64,000 nt of DNA from Oscillospiraceae bacterium (GTDB lineage Bacteria > Bacillota > Clostridia > Oscillospirales > CAG-272): positions 5,003-69,002 of the forward strand of contig SVST01000014.1 of assembly GCA_015064155.1 (NCBI GenBank), in the 5' to 3' direction. The notes beneath the pieces were generated by a model, which was given only the letters and a program-made list of their open reading frames with translations, had not been told where the DNA came from and did not search any database. Positions 1 to 9,878 of the stretch are shown here, one piece after another; positions within the stretch are counted from its first letter, which is position 1; each line of letters opens with the position of its first letter. A program made the translations under genes and the position numbers.

Positions 1-224
1 CCAAGTTCGGACGCAGCCATACGGTCTTTTACAGCTGTGAGAAATATCCCGAGTGCGATTTCTCTTCGTGGGATCTGCCCACTTCCGAGAAATGTCCCAC
101 GTGCGGCAAAATGCTGTTCCGCAAAAAGGGAAAGAATCTTTTGATTTGTCAGGATAAGTCGTGCGGATTTTCCAAGGAAATTGCCGAGAGCGCATCCTCC
201 GAGGACAAACGGACCAATGAGTAA
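1..224 (+). CDS. topA: DNA topoisomerase I, C-terminal fragment (5' end lies outside the window)
   Basis: Frame 3 is open from the window edge to TAA at 222-224. The translation KFGRSHTVFYSCEKYPECDFSSWDLPTSEKCPTCGKMLFRKKGKNLLICQDKSCGF has two Cys4 zinc-ribbon units typical of the bacterial Topo I C-terminus. topA-trmFO adjacency is the classical Firmicute arrangement. Confidence 0.7.
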   Translation, partial: KFGRSHTVFYSCEKYPECDFSSWDLPTSEKCPTCGKMLFRKKGKNLLICQDKSCGFSKEIAESASSEDKRTNE

Positions 225-1539
225 AACGGTTCATATTTTCGGCGCAGGGCTTGCCGGCTGTGAGGCGGCTTGGCAGGCGGCGCGCCGCGGAGCTACGGTC
301 AAGCTTTATGAAATGAAGCCCCAAAAATATACGCCTGCGCATCATGCCCCCGAATTTGCCGAGCTGGTTTGCTCCAACTCGTTGCGCTCGGACAGCACCG
401 CCAACGCGGTGGGGCTGTTAAAGGAGGAGATGCGTCGGTGCGGCTCCCTGATTATGGAAGCGGCAGACGCTACGCGCGTTCCGGCGGGCTCGGCTCTTGC
501 GGTAGACCGCGTTCTGTTTTCAAGGTATATTACCGAAAAGATCAAGGAGAATCCTTTGATCGAGGTGATCGAGCGCGAGGTCGATTCGGTAGTCGACGGA
601 GAGGTGACCGTGATCGCAACGGGACCCTTGACCTCCGAGCCGATGGCAGAGTATATTGCCAATACGCTGGGCTGTGAGGGGCTGCACTTTTTCGATGCGG
701 CGGCACCGATCGTCGATTTTTCGTCGATCAATATGGACGTTGCGTACTTTGCATCGCGTTATGATAAGGGCGATGCCGACTATATCAACTGCCCGATGGA
801 TGAGGCGCAATACCGCGCCTTTTACGAGGCACTGGTTTCTGCCGAGGAAGCCGTGCTGAAGGACTTTGACCGTGAAAGTCAGAAATCCTTGAAGGTATTT
901 GAGGGCTGTATGCCCGTTGAGGTGATGGCGCGGCGCGGATTCGATACGCTTCGCTACGGTCCGATGAAGCCGGTTGGCTTGATCGATCCCCGTGTGGGCA
1001 AGGAAGCCTATGCCGTGGTACAGCTCCGTAAGGAAAACACCGCGGGAACCATGTTCAATCTGGTCGGCTTTCAGACACATTTGACTTTTCCCGAGCAGAG
1101 AAGAGTGTTCCGTATGATTCCGGGCTTGGAAAACGCTGAGTTTTTACGCTACGGAGTGATGCACAGAAACACGTATCTCCATTCGCCCGACGTGCTGGCA
1201 CAGGATTATTCGATGCGCACGCGCCCCGAGGTCTTTTTCGCAGGGCAAATGACGGGTGTCGAGGGGTACGTAGAGTCGGCGGGAAGCGGACTTGTTGCGG
1301 GGATTAACGCGGCAAGACGCGCAAACGGAGAGGCTTCTTGTCTGTTCCCCGAGGAAACGATGCTCGGTGCGATGGCGGCATACGTCAGCCGAGGCGGTAT
1401 CGGTGCTTTTGCACCCATGAATGCAAATTTCGGGATCATTCCGCCCCTCGGATATCGCGTCAAGGGCGGTAAGACCGCGAAAAACGAAAAGCTTGCCGAG
1501 CGTGCGCTCCTGGCAATCGATGAAATAAACAAGCAATAA
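217..1539 (+). CDS. trmFO: Methylenetetrahydrofolate--tRNA-(uracil-5)-methyltransferase TrmFO (Gid)
   Basis: Lies in ORF 181..1539. The internal ATG at 217 gives MSKTVHIFGAGLAGCEAAWQAARRG (FAD Rossmann GxGxxG). Full-length GidA-small/TrmFO-like sequence including FFAGQMTGVEGYVESAGSG. Confidence 0.9.
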   Translation: MSKTVHIFGAGLAGCEAAWQAARRGATVKLYEMKPQKYTPAHHAPEFAELVCSNSLRSDSTANAVGLLKEEMRRCGSLIMEAADATRVPAGSALAVDRVLFSRYITEKIKENPLIEVIEREVDSVVDGEVTVIATGPLTSEPMAEYIANTLGCEGLHFFDAAAPIVDFSSINMDVAYFASRYDKGDADYINCPMDEAQYRAFYEALVSAEEAVLKDFDRESQKSLKVFEGCMPVEVMARRGFDTLRYGPMKPVGLIDPRVGKEAYAVVQLRKENTAGTMFNLVGFQTHLTFPEQRRVFRMIPGLENAEFLRYGVMHRNTYLHSPDVLAQDYSMRTRPEVFFAGQMTGVEGYVESAGSGLVAGINAARRANGEASCLFPEETMLGAMAAYVSRGGIGAFAPMNANFGIIPPLGYRVKGGKTAKNEKLAERALLAIDEINKQ

Positions 1540-1564
1540 ATCAGACCGAAAAGAGGTCCATAAG

Positions 1565-2623
1565 ATGAAAATAATCGTTGATGTAATGGGAGGCGATAAG
1601 GCTCCCGAGGAAACCGTTAAGGGTGCGATTGCCGCATACCGCGAGCTTGCTGCGTCCGATATCTCGTTCGTATGGGTGGGAAACCGCGCAGATATTGCGC
1701 GAATTGCCGAGGACGAGTCCTTTGATATGTCACAGGTTGAACTTGTACATACCGAAACCGTGATCACGATGGAGGATAATCCCATGGTGGTAACGCGCGC
1801 CAAGCAGGATTCGTCCATGTCGGTGGGGCTGCGTTTGCTTGCCGATGGCAAGGGCGATGCCTTTGTCAGCACGGGAAACACGGGTGCTTTGTTCACGGGT
1901 GCTACCTTGATCGTTCGTAAGGTAAAGGGAATCCAACGTGCCGGAATCGGTACGGTGCTTCCGTGCGTCAATCCCGTGTTGCTCATGGACAGCGGTGCCA
2001 ACGTAACCGTAACCGAGGAAAATTTAGAGCAGTTCGGTGTGATCGGAAGCGCGTATATGCGCAAGATGTTTGGGATCAAGTTGCCTCGCGTGGGGCTTCT
2101 CAACAACGGAACCGAGGAACACAAGGGAACCGAGCTGCAGCAGGCGGCTTATCGGCGGCTCCAAGAAAACGGTGATTTGAACTTCGTTGGAAATATTGAG
2201 GGAAGCGCATTGCCGTTTGATCATTGCGACGTGGTGGTGACCGACGGATTCACCGGAAACATCCTCCTCAAAAGCATGGAGGGTGTTGGAAAAATGATCC
2301 TTGGCAAGATCAAGGGGGTCTTTTATACCAATGCGTTGACGAAGCTTGCGGCATTGTTGGTGAAGCCACACGTCAAGCAAATGAAGAAAGAATTGGATCC
2401 CAACGAGCGCGGCGGCGCACCGATTTTGGGCATTTCCAAGCCGGTCATCAAGGCGCATGGCTCGTCGGATGCAAAGGCATTCAAGAATGCCATCCGTCAG
2501 GCGGCAGAATACGCAACCTCGGGTGCGATCGAGGAGATTGCAACGGCTGCCGAAGCGTATGCCGCACGAAAAAAAGCCGCACGGAATGCCAAAGGGGAGC
2601 AATCTGCGCAGTCGGCACAGTAA
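1565..2623 (+). CDS. plsX: Phosphate acyltransferase PlsX
   Basis: The MKIIVDVMGGDKAP start is the PlsX signature, as are VSTGNTGA and GFTGNILLK. An AAGAGG SD lies upstream. Confidence 0.9.
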   Translation: MKIIVDVMGGDKAPEETVKGAIAAYRELAASDISFVWVGNRADIARIAEDESFDMSQVELVHTETVITMEDNPMVVTRAKQDSSMSVGLRLLADGKGDAFVSTGNTGALFTGATLIVRKVKGIQRAGIGTVLPCVNPVLLMDSGANVTVTEENLEQFGVIGSAYMRKMFGIKLPRVGLLNNGTEEHKGTELQQAAYRRLQENGDLNFVGNIEGSALPFDHCDVVVTDGFTGNILLKSMEGVGKMILGKIKGVFYTNALTKLAALLVKPHVKQMKKELDPNERGGAPILGISKPVIKAHGSSDAKAFKNAIRQAAEYATSGAIEEIATAAEAYAARKKAARNAKGEQSAQSAQ

Positions 2624-2658
2624 GAAGGAAACCAGAAGTACGAAAGAGAGAATTTGAC

Positions 2659-3378
2659 ATGGCATTGTCATTGGATATTTTGCAGGAACGGATCGGCTAC
2701 CGATTCAAAAATGAAGCTCTGTTGCTTCGCGCCGTAACGCATTCCTCGTATGCCAACGAAACGGGAAATCCCAGACATCATCTGCTTTGCAACGAAAGAC
2801 TGGAATTTTTGGGAGATTCGGTGCTGTCTTTGATTACAAGTGACTTTTTGTATCGGCAGTTTTCCGAGCTTCCCGAGGGGGATCTGACACGGACACGGGC
2901 GGCGCTTGTGCGCGAGGAGGCATTGGCTTCCTATGCACGCAAGATCGGCTTGGGAGAGTTTTTGCTTTTGGGAAAGGGAGAACGTAACAGCGGCGGTGCC
3001 GACAAGGATGCGGTGATCGCCGATGCGTTTGAGGCAATTCTTGCCGCGATCTATCTGGATGCCGGCGGAGTGAACGGTCTTGATGCCGTGGTAGCCTTCC
3101 TCCTGCCGTTTTTAGAGGAGGCGGCAAAGCAAATGGCAGACCGTCTTTGCGGCTATCACGACGATTATAAATCAAGACTTCAGGAGTTTGTGCAAAAGGA
3201 CGGCGGAGAGTTGGAATACCGTATCGTTGGAGAGAGTGGCCCCGATCATAATAAGACGTTTTGGGTGGAGGTTTATTTGGATTCCAACCGAATCGGCATC
3301 GGCAGCGGTCATTCCAAAAAGAATGCCGAGCAAGCGGCGGCGCATGATGCGATGAAGCTGTTTGCACTCAAGGGCTGA
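2659..3378 (+). CDS. rnc: Ribonuclease III
   Basis: ATG at 2659 inside ORF 2224..3378. Carries the NERLEFLGDSVL RNase III signature and a C-terminal dsRBD (GPDHNKTF...GSGHSKKNAEQAAA). Confidence 0.9.
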   Translation: MALSLDILQERIGYRFKNEALLLRAVTHSSYANETGNPRHHLLCNERLEFLGDSVLSLITSDFLYRQFSELPEGDLTRTRAALVREEALASYARKIGLGEFLLLGKGERNSGGADKDAVIADAFEAILAAIYLDAGGVNGLDAVVAFLLPFLEEAAKQMADRLCGYHDDYKSRLQEFVQKDGGELEYRIVGESGPDHNKTFWVEVYLDSNRIGIGSGHSKKNAEQAAAHDAMKLFALKG

Positions 3379-3379
3379 A

Positions 3380-4411
3380 ATGGCGCATTTCAATATTCCG
3401 ATTTTCATCCCGCACATGGGGTGTCCCAATCAATGCGTGTTTTGCAATCAACGCTCGATTTCGGGTTGTACGTCCTTTCGAAAAGAGGACGTCAAGCCCA
3501 AAATCGAAGCAGCGTTACAAACCATAAAACGGGGAAGTGACGTAGAAATTGCTTTCTTTGGCGGTTCGTTTACCGGCATCGACCGCGATTTGATGATCGA
3601 CCTTTTGGAATGTGCCGAGGGGTACGTTCGAAGAGGGGCAGTTTCCTCCATTCGTCTTTCTACCCGTCCCGATTACGTTTCCAAAGAGATTTTGGAGATT
3701 TTGTCGCGCTATTCGGTTCGCGTGATCGAGCTTGGATTGCAAAGCATGGATGACGGTGTGCTGATGGCTTCCAAACGGGGGCATACAGCAAGGCAAGCCA
3801 AAGAGGCGTGCCGTATGGTGCGCGCGGCAGGCTTTTCCTTGGTGGGGCAGATGATGATCGGACTTCCCGGGGCGGATTTGGAAACCGAATTGGAAACGGC
3901 GCACGAAATCGTTCGTTTGGGCGCAGACTATGCGCGCATTTATCCAACCGTGGTCTTTTACGGTACTCCCTTGCATGAGATGGCAAGGAACGGGGAATAC
4001 GAGCCGCTATCGCTTCGGGATGCGGTCGCGCGTTCTGCGGCGGTGTTGCGCGTGTTTTGGAAAAACGGGGTACCTTGTATCCGCATCGGTCTTTGCGCGG
4101 GAGAGGATTTCTCCTCTGACGATAAGGTTTATGCGGGACCGAACCATGCGGCACTGGGAGAGATGGTTTGGAACGAGCTTTATTATGAAAAACTGACGGC
4201 GCGTCTGTCGCAAGGCGGATTTTTGGGGCACGAGATTGATTTGCATTTGCCCCAAAACGAGATTTCAAAATATGTCGGACAGCGTCGCACCAATATCGAA
4301 AGACTTTTGCGGGAAACCGACACCCGCGTTCGAAAAATTGTCGGAGAGAAGAATTTGGACGAGCCGATGCCGTGTGCGGTATCGAAGGGTCCGCGTGAGG
4401 AGGAAGAATAA
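3380..4411 (+). CDS. Radical SAM protein (ELP3-like family, function unassigned)
   Basis: ATG at 3380. IPHMGCPNQCVFCNQ is a CxxxCxxC radical-SAM cluster motif. The gene sits in the conserved rnc-radical SAM-smc position. Confidence 0.75.
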   Translation: MAHFNIPIFIPHMGCPNQCVFCNQRSISGCTSFRKEDVKPKIEAALQTIKRGSDVEIAFFGGSFTGIDRDLMIDLLECAEGYVRRGAVSSIRLSTRPDYVSKEILEILSRYSVRVIELGLQSMDDGVLMASKRGHTARQAKEACRMVRAAGFSLVGQMMIGLPGADLETELETAHEIVRLGADYARIYPTVVFYGTPLHEMARNGEYEPLSLRDAVARSAAVLRVFWKNGVPCIRIGLCAGEDFSSDDKVYAGPNHAALGEMVWNELYYEKLTARLSQGGFLGHEIDLHLPQNEISKYVGQRRTNIERLLRETDTRVRKIVGEKNLDEPMPCAVSKGPREEEE

Positions 4412-4413
4412 CC

Positions 4414-7400
4414 GTGTATCTGAAGTCGTTGGAATTACAAGGCTTTAAATCGTTCCCCGATAAAACCAAGCTGGTATTTGAAACCGAGGTTCCCGTTGCG
4501 GTAATGGGCGTGGATCCCGAGGTACATGCCGCACAGGGCGTTACGGTGATCGTTGGTCCGAACGGATCGGGAAAATCGAATATTGCCGATGCGATGCGTT
4601 GGGTATTGGGAGAAATTTCATCCAAAAGTCTGCGCGGTTCCAAAATGGAGGACGTTATTTTCGGCGGAGCCGACAGCCGACGTCCCATGGGATATGCGGA
4701 GGTTTCGGTTACCTTTGACAACCGCGGGGAGTTTGCAAAGCTGGATTGTCCTTATGATGAGGTGACCGTTACCCGTCGGTACTACCGCGCCGGTGACAGT
4801 GAATACTTTATCAACCGTAAGGGCGTGCGCCTCAAGGACATTTACGAGCTGTTTATGAATACGGGTATCGGTCGTGACGGATATTCGATTATCGGGCAGG
4901 GTCGTATTGCCGAGATGGTGTCACGAAAGAGCGAAGAACGAAGAAGTGCGTTCGAGGATGCTTCGGGCATTGCGAAATACCGCTATAAAAAGAACGAGGC
5001 GGAGCGCAAGCTCAAGGATACCGAGGACAACATGGCGCGCGCAAACGATATTTTCGTCGAGGTGAGCTCGCGTGTCGGTCCCTTGCAAAAGGAAGCCGAG
5101 AAGGCAAAGCGTGCCATTGAATTGATGGACAGCAAAAAACGTGCCGACGTCAGCCTTTGGCTCTACGATACCGAAAAGCTCAGAGGAGAATTGCGTGCTG
5201 CCGAGGAGGCAATGAATCATGCATCCTTTGACCTTGCCAATGCGGAGGATGGAATACAGTCGCTGAACGTGCAGAACGAGCGTTTGTTCGAGGCAGCGCA
5301 GGGAAGTAAGCAGGAGTCGGAGGCATTGCTCACCAAAATTCGGGAGCAAACCGAGATCTGCCACCGCTTGGAGAGCGAGTATCGCGTGGCGGAAAATACC
5401 GTTTCTCATGCGAAAGATTTGATTGCCGCAACGCAAGGCTCTGTAAACGGCACGCAAAAATCGATTGCCGATGAAATCGAGGCGGGTACAAAGCACGCAC
5501 AGAAGATCGGAGAACTGGAAGCCCTCAAAGATGGCTTGACAGAGGAGCAGAGCTTGCTCATGGGTGAGCAAAGGTTGCTCAACGAAAAGGATCGCGATCT
5601 GGAGGCTGCCGTTGCCAAAGCACTTGAAGATATCCGTGCCTTGGAGAATGAAGCGGTTGACGTAAAGGTTCGTATTTCGGTGTTGGAAAATGCCAAAAAT
5701 ACCGATACCGATAAAAACAGCTCGGCACTTACCGAGCTGGAAGGGTATCGCCGTGTATCCGAGGATCTGCAGGCGCAGTGCGGACAAAAAAAGCACACGG
5801 TTGCCGATTACGATGCACAGATTACCGAGCTTGACCGAGAGGTTGCTTCCTTGGAGCAAGAGGTATCCCGGGCGGCGGAAACCGTTAAAAATGCGAATGC
5901 ACGTCAGAATGGCGAGAGCCTGCGGTGTGATTCGATCCGCCAAAGAATTGCAACCTTCCGTCAGATGGAGGAGCAGTTTGAGGGATATTCTCATGCCATT
6001 CGTTACGTGATGAAGCGTTATGAGGAGGGGAGAATCACCGATGCCCACGGAGCTCCCGCGGGAACCGTGTACGGACCTTTATCCAAGGTGATTTCGGTTG
6101 AGGACCGTTTCCTGACCGCCATCGAAATTGCACTCGGCAATAATCTGCAAAGCATTGTGGTTGAGGATGAATCTACCGCAAAGGCTTGTATGTTTGCTTT
6201 GAAAAAGGCTGAGGCGGGGCGGGCAACCTTTTACCCCCTGACCTCTATGCGTCCCTCAATGGCAACCAAGGAAATGCAGGATGCTGCCGGATTTGCGGGC
6301 TACGTCGGTGTGGCAGACACGCTGGTGTCGTCCGACCGAAAGTTTACCAACGTGCTGTCCTCCTTGCTTGGAAGAACGCTGGTGTTTGAGAACATCGATA
6401 CGGCAACCGTGATGGCAAAGGCAACGGGGTACCGTGTCCGCGTCGTAACGCTGGACGGTCAGCAGATCAATGCGGGCGGTTCGTTTACGGGCGGTTCGGT
6501 TCGAACCGGTAGCGGTATTTTGTCACGTGCGGGCGAGATCAAACGCCTGGAGGAAGAGCTTGGCACGAAGATGGCGGCTCTTGCAGAACTGGAAAAAGAA
6601 ACGCGCGTGCTTGGACAAAAGCTGGAGGAGCTGGAAAATCGAAAGTATTCACTTGAGGATCGCCGTGAGGTTCTTTCGATGCTTCGAAACAGCGAGCAGG
6701 CACAGCTCGAGCAGCTTCAGGCAAAGCTGGATGCCAACAACACGCTGCTGGAAAAATTAAAAGCCGATATGCGCGGTTACGAGCAGGCAAAGCTTCGTTA
6801 CGAGGAAGACATCGTTTCGCTTGCAACCGAAGAAAAGCAGCTGTTACATCGCATTCGCGAGCTGACCGATTACAGAAACGAGAAGAACGGAGAACGCGGC
6901 GACGTAATTTTGCACCGTGATGAGGTTTCGGCACGGTTGACCGAGCTTCAAATCCGGATCAGTGAAACCGAAAAGGATATCGAAACGGCAACGCTTCTCA
7001 AAAACGGAACCGAGGAGCGTTTGGAAAAGCTGAACGGTGAGCTTTTGATGCTTTCGGGTCGAATCAATACGCAAAACGAGCAGATTCGTCTGACCGAAAT
7101 TGCGATGGAGGCAAATCGCGCAGCGTATGCTTCGGGGAGCGAAGAGCTGGAACGCTTGAATACCAAGCGCAGTGCGGTGGAAAACGATAATTTTGCCTTT
7201 GAAAAGAAGCTGAACGATCTGCGTGCAAAATTGCAGGATCGGATGAATCAAAAGGAATTGATCTTCCGTGAGTATACCAAGTGTGAGGCAAAGCTTGCGA
7301 GCCTGCGCGATACGCAGGATAAGCTTTCTACCAAGCTTTGGGATGATTACGAGCTGACGCGCAGTGATGCCGTTGCGCTTGGATATCCTCCCGTTACCAA

Positions 7401-8097
7401 GGAAAACCGCAGTGAGATGCTGGCATTGCAGACCGAGTGTCGCAATAAATTGCGCGTGATGGGCTCGGTTGATTTGGATGCGGTGAACAAATACGAAGAG
7501 GTGAAGGCACGTTACGATTACCTCAACGGACAGTTGACCGATCTGGAAAAGGCTCGCAAGGAGCTCAACGGAATTATCGAGCAGCTGGAAAGTGAAATGA
7601 AGACCTCTTTCGTGGATTCCTTTAACAAGATCAACGAAAACTTCGGACGGGTATTTTCAGAGCTGTTTGGCGGCGGTTCTGCCGAGCTGTCGCTTTCCGA
7701 TCCCGAAAATGTTCTTGAAAGCGGTATTGAGATCAAAGCCGCACCTCCCGGAAAGATCATCAAAAATCTGATGCAGCTCTCGGGCGGTGAGCAAGCCTTT
7801 ATCGGCGTTGCGCTGTTCTTTGCCATTTTGCAGGTCAATCCCACGCCGTTCTGTATTCTGGACGAGATCGAAGCGGCATTGGACGAGGTCAACGTAGAGC
7901 GTTTGGCGCAGTACATCAAGCGATATTCGCACGGAACCCAGTTTATTATGATTACGCACCGTCGCGGAACGATGGCGGCAGCAGACCGTTTGTACGGAGT
8001 TACCATGCCCGAGCACGGTATTTCGAAGGTGCTGATGCTGGACGTTAATGATATTTCCAAGAAGGAAGGAGAAGACTGGAATGGGATTTTTGGATAA
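4414..8097 (+). CDS. smc: Chromosome segregation protein SMC
   Basis: GTG start 7 nt after a GAGGAGGAAG SD. N-terminal Walker A GPNGSGKSN, long coiled coils, a hinge, and C-terminal LSGGEQAF plus Walker B ILDEIEAALD. 1227 aa. Confidence 0.95.
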   Translation: MYLKSLELQGFKSFPDKTKLVFETEVPVAVMGVDPEVHAAQGVTVIVGPNGSGKSNIADAMRWVLGEISSKSLRGSKMEDVIFGGADSRRPMGYAEVSVTFDNRGEFAKLDCPYDEVTVTRRYYRAGDSEYFINRKGVRLKDIYELFMNTGIGRDGYSIIGQGRIAEMVSRKSEERRSAFEDASGIAKYRYKKNEAERKLKDTEDNMARANDIFVEVSSRVGPLQKEAEKAKRAIELMDSKKRADVSLWLYDTEKLRGELRAAEEAMNHASFDLANAEDGIQSLNVQNERLFEAAQGSKQESEALLTKIREQTEICHRLESEYRVAENTVSHAKDLIAATQGSVNGTQKSIADEIEAGTKHAQKIGELEALKDGLTEEQSLLMGEQRLLNEKDRDLEAAVAKALEDIRALENEAVDVKVRISVLENAKNTDTDKNSSALTELEGYRRVSEDLQAQCGQKKHTVADYDAQITELDREVASLEQEVSRAAETVKNANARQNGESLRCDSIRQRIATFRQMEEQFEGYSHAIRYVMKRYEEGRITDAHGAPAGTVYGPLSKVISVEDRFLTAIEIALGNNLQSIVVEDESTAKACMFALKKAEAGRATFYPLTSMRPSMATKEMQDAAGFAGYVGVADTLVSSDRKFTNVLSSLLGRTLVFENIDTATVMAKATGYRVRVVTLDGQQINAGGSFTGGSVRTGSGILSRAGEIKRLEEELGTKMAALAELEKETRVLGQKLEELENRKYSLEDRREVLSMLRNSEQAQLEQLQAKLDANNTLLEKLKADMRGYEQAKLRYEEDIVSLATEEKQLLHRIRELTDYRNEKNGERGDVILHRDEVSARLTELQIRISETEKDIETATLLKNGTEERLEKLNGELLMLSGRINTQNEQIRLTEIAMEANRAAYASGSEELERLNTKRSAVENDNFAFEKKLNDLRAKLQDRMNQKELIFREYTKCEAKLASLRDTQDKLSTKLWDDYELTRSDAVALGYPPVTKENRSEMLALQTECRNKLRVMGSVDLDAVNKYEEVKARYDYLNGQLTDLEKARKELNGIIEQLESEMKTSFVDSFNKINENFGRVFSELFGGGSAELSLSDPENVLESGIEIKAAPPGKIIKNLMQLSGGEQAFIGVALFFAILQVNPTPFCILDEIEAALDEVNVERLAQYIKRYSHGTQFIMITHRRGTMAAADRLYGVTMPEHGISKVLMLDVNDISKKEGEDWNGIFG

Positions 8098-9241
8098 GCT
8101 GTTCGGAAAAAAGACGGCCGAGCAGGAAATCGGTCAAGCCGCAGAGAAGGCTGCACCGGAACCGATTGAAGAAGGAATTGAAGAACCCGTTGAGGAAGCG
8201 GTTGAGGCACCCGTTGAGGAAGCGGTTGAGGCACCCGTCGAGGAAGCGGTTGAGGCACCCGTCGAGGAAACGGTTGAGGCACCCGTTGAAGAAACGGTTG
8301 AGGTGCCTTCCCCCGAAACCAAACTGAAAGAGAAAAAATCATTTTGGAGCCGCGTAAAGGACGGTCTTTCCAAGACGAAGAACGCGTTGTTCGGTCAGAT
8401 CGACGACCTTCTCAAGAACTTTGTCAAGGTAGACGAGGATCTGTTGGAGGAGCTGGAGGAAATTTTGATTTGTGCGGACGTGGGAATCAATGCGACCGAG
8501 CAGATCATTGACGAATTGCGTGAGCAGATCAAGGACGGACGGCTTAAGGAAAAGGAGCAGGTGACCGAGGCTCTTCGGAATATTTTGGAGGGGATGATCG
8601 GTGCGGGCGAGCCGTTGAATCTGTCTACCTCTCCCAGTGTCGTTTTGGTCATCGGTGTCAACGGTGTTGGAAAGACTACCTCGATCGGTAAGATTTCCAA
8701 TCAGCTTCGCAAAGACGGCAAAAAGGTGGTTGTTGCAGCGGCAGATACCTTCCGTGCAGCAGCGATCGATCAGCTTGCCGTATGGTGTGAGCGCGCAAAG
8801 GTCGATCTGATCCGTCAGAATGAGGGCAGTGACCCTGCAGCGGTGGTATATGATGCTTGCCATGCGGCTAAAAATAAGAATGCAGACGTTTTGATTATCG
8901 ATACGGCGGGACGTCTTCACAACAAGACCAACCTGATGAATGAATTGGCAAAGATCAACCGCGTGATCGAGCGCGAATTGCCCGATGCGGCGCGCGAAAA
9001 TTTGTTGGTGCTGGACGCTACCACGGGACAAAATGCCATCATTCAGGCAAAGGAATTCAAAAATGCGGCGGCACTTACCGGCTTGATCTTGAACAAAATG
9101 GATGGAACGGCAAAGGGCGGCATCGTGATTTCGATCCGTCAGGAATTGAACATTCCCGTCAAATTCATCGGTGTTGGAGAAAAGCTGGACGATATGCAGG
9201 AATTTGATCAAAAGGAGTTTGTACGCGCACTGTTTGAGTGA
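8081..9241 (+). CDS. ftsY: Signal recognition particle receptor FtsY
   Basis: ATG at 8081 (MGFLDKLFGKK). Acidic repeat N-domain followed by an SRP GTPase domain (GVNGVGKTTSIGK, DTAGRL, LNKMDGTAKGG). Confidence 0.9.
   Translation: MGFLDKLFGKKTAEQEIGQAAEKAAPEPIEEGIEEPVEEAVEAPVEEAVEAPVEEAVEAPVEETVEAPVEETVEVPSPETKLKEKKSFWSRVKDGLSKTKNALFGQIDDLLKNFVKVDEDLLEELEEILICADVGINATEQIIDELREQIKDGRLKEKEQVTEALRNILEGMIGAGEPLNLSTSPSVVLVIGVNGVGKTTSIGKISNQLRKDGKKVVVAAADTFRAAAIDQLAVWCERAKVDLIRQNEGSDPAAVVYDACHAAKNKNADVLIIDTAGRLHNKTNLMNELAKINRVIERELPDAARENLLVLDATTGQNAIIQAKEFKNAAALTGLILNKMDGTAKGGIVISIRQELNIPVKFIGVGEKLDDMQEFDQKEFVRALFE
8189..8308 (+). repeat. Five tandem 24-bp in-frame repeats encoding (V/E)EEAVEAP in the FtsY acidic domain
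   Basis: gttgaggaagcggttgaggcaccc is repeated head-to-tail 5 times with a few third-position or conservative changes. Confidence 0.85.
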
Positions 9242-9260
9242 GGCGTATCCGAGGAACGAC

Positions 9261-9878
9261 ATGAAACTTGTTTTGGCTTCCAGAAACCGCAAAAAGATCC
9301 ATGAATTGAGGACGTTGCTTTCCAAATTCTTTGATCAGCCCGAAATTTTATCGTTGGATGACGTGGGAATCACCGAGGAAATTGAGGAAAACGGAACCAC
9401 CTTTGAAGAGAACGCTCTGATCAAGGCGCGCGCAGCGGCGGTTTCGGGATATATTGCGGTGGGTGATGACTCGGGCTTGACGGTGGACGCGCTTGGAGGT
9501 GATCCCGGGATTTATTCGGCTCGTTACGCGGCGCGTTGCCACTTTGCGGGCGACCACGATGACGAGGGGAATAATCAAGCACTTCTGCAAAATATGAAGG
9601 GCTTGCCAGAGGAGCAACGCGGCGGCGCATTCGTTTGCTGTATTGCCTGCGTGTTGCCCGACGGACGCGAAATGACGGTTCGCGGGGAGGCGCGCGGCAG
9701 AATTTTGGAGTCCTATGCCGGAAACGGTGGATTCGGGTACGATCCCTTATTCTATTATGAGCCGCTTCAAAAGACCTTTGCGGAATTGACCTTTGAAGAA
9801 AAAAATGAGGTTTCGCATCGTGGCAGAGCCATTGCCGCATTTGCGGAAAAATTGAAAGAAGCTATTGGTGACGTATGA
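9261..9878 (+). CDS. rdgB: Non-canonical purine NTP pyrophosphatase (RdgB/HAM1 family)
   Basis: ATG at 9261. MKLVLASRNRKKIHEL start, and the FGYDPLF and EKNEVSHRGRA motifs of the Ham1 family. Confidence 0.85.
   Translation: MKLVLASRNRKKIHELRTLLSKFFDQPEILSLDDVGITEEIEENGTTFEENALIKARAAAVSGYIAVGDDSGLTVDALGGDPGIYSARYAARCHFAGDHDDEGNNQALLQNMKGLPEEQRGGAFVCCIACVLPDGREMTVRGEARGRILESYAGNGGFGYDPLFYYEPLQKTFAELTFEEKNEVSHRGRAIAAFAEKLKEAIGDV

Noticed and set aside
181-216. Upstream alternative start (181) for trmFO, and long N-terminal extensions on the track ORFs for rnc (2224), ftsY (8048), rdgB (9171), gdhA (36171), pyrR (60801), the phosphatase (50488) and the lipoprotein (19435).
   Set aside because: The extensions overlap the preceding gene or lack an SD. 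The internal ATG/GTG codons give canonical family N-termini with properly spaced SD sequences.
2624-2658. Absence of acpP/fabD/fabG between plsX and rnc.
   Set aside because: This is only a 35-nt gap with no room for a gene. The fatty-acid genes are simply encoded elsewhere, so it is a synteny variant, not an anomaly in the sequence.
8189-8308. Regular 24-bp repeats that could be mistaken for a CRISPR array or minisatellite.
   Set aside because: The repeats are contiguous with no spacers, are in-frame inside ftsY, and encode the usual acidic A-domain. No CRISPR array or cas gene was seen anywhere in the window.
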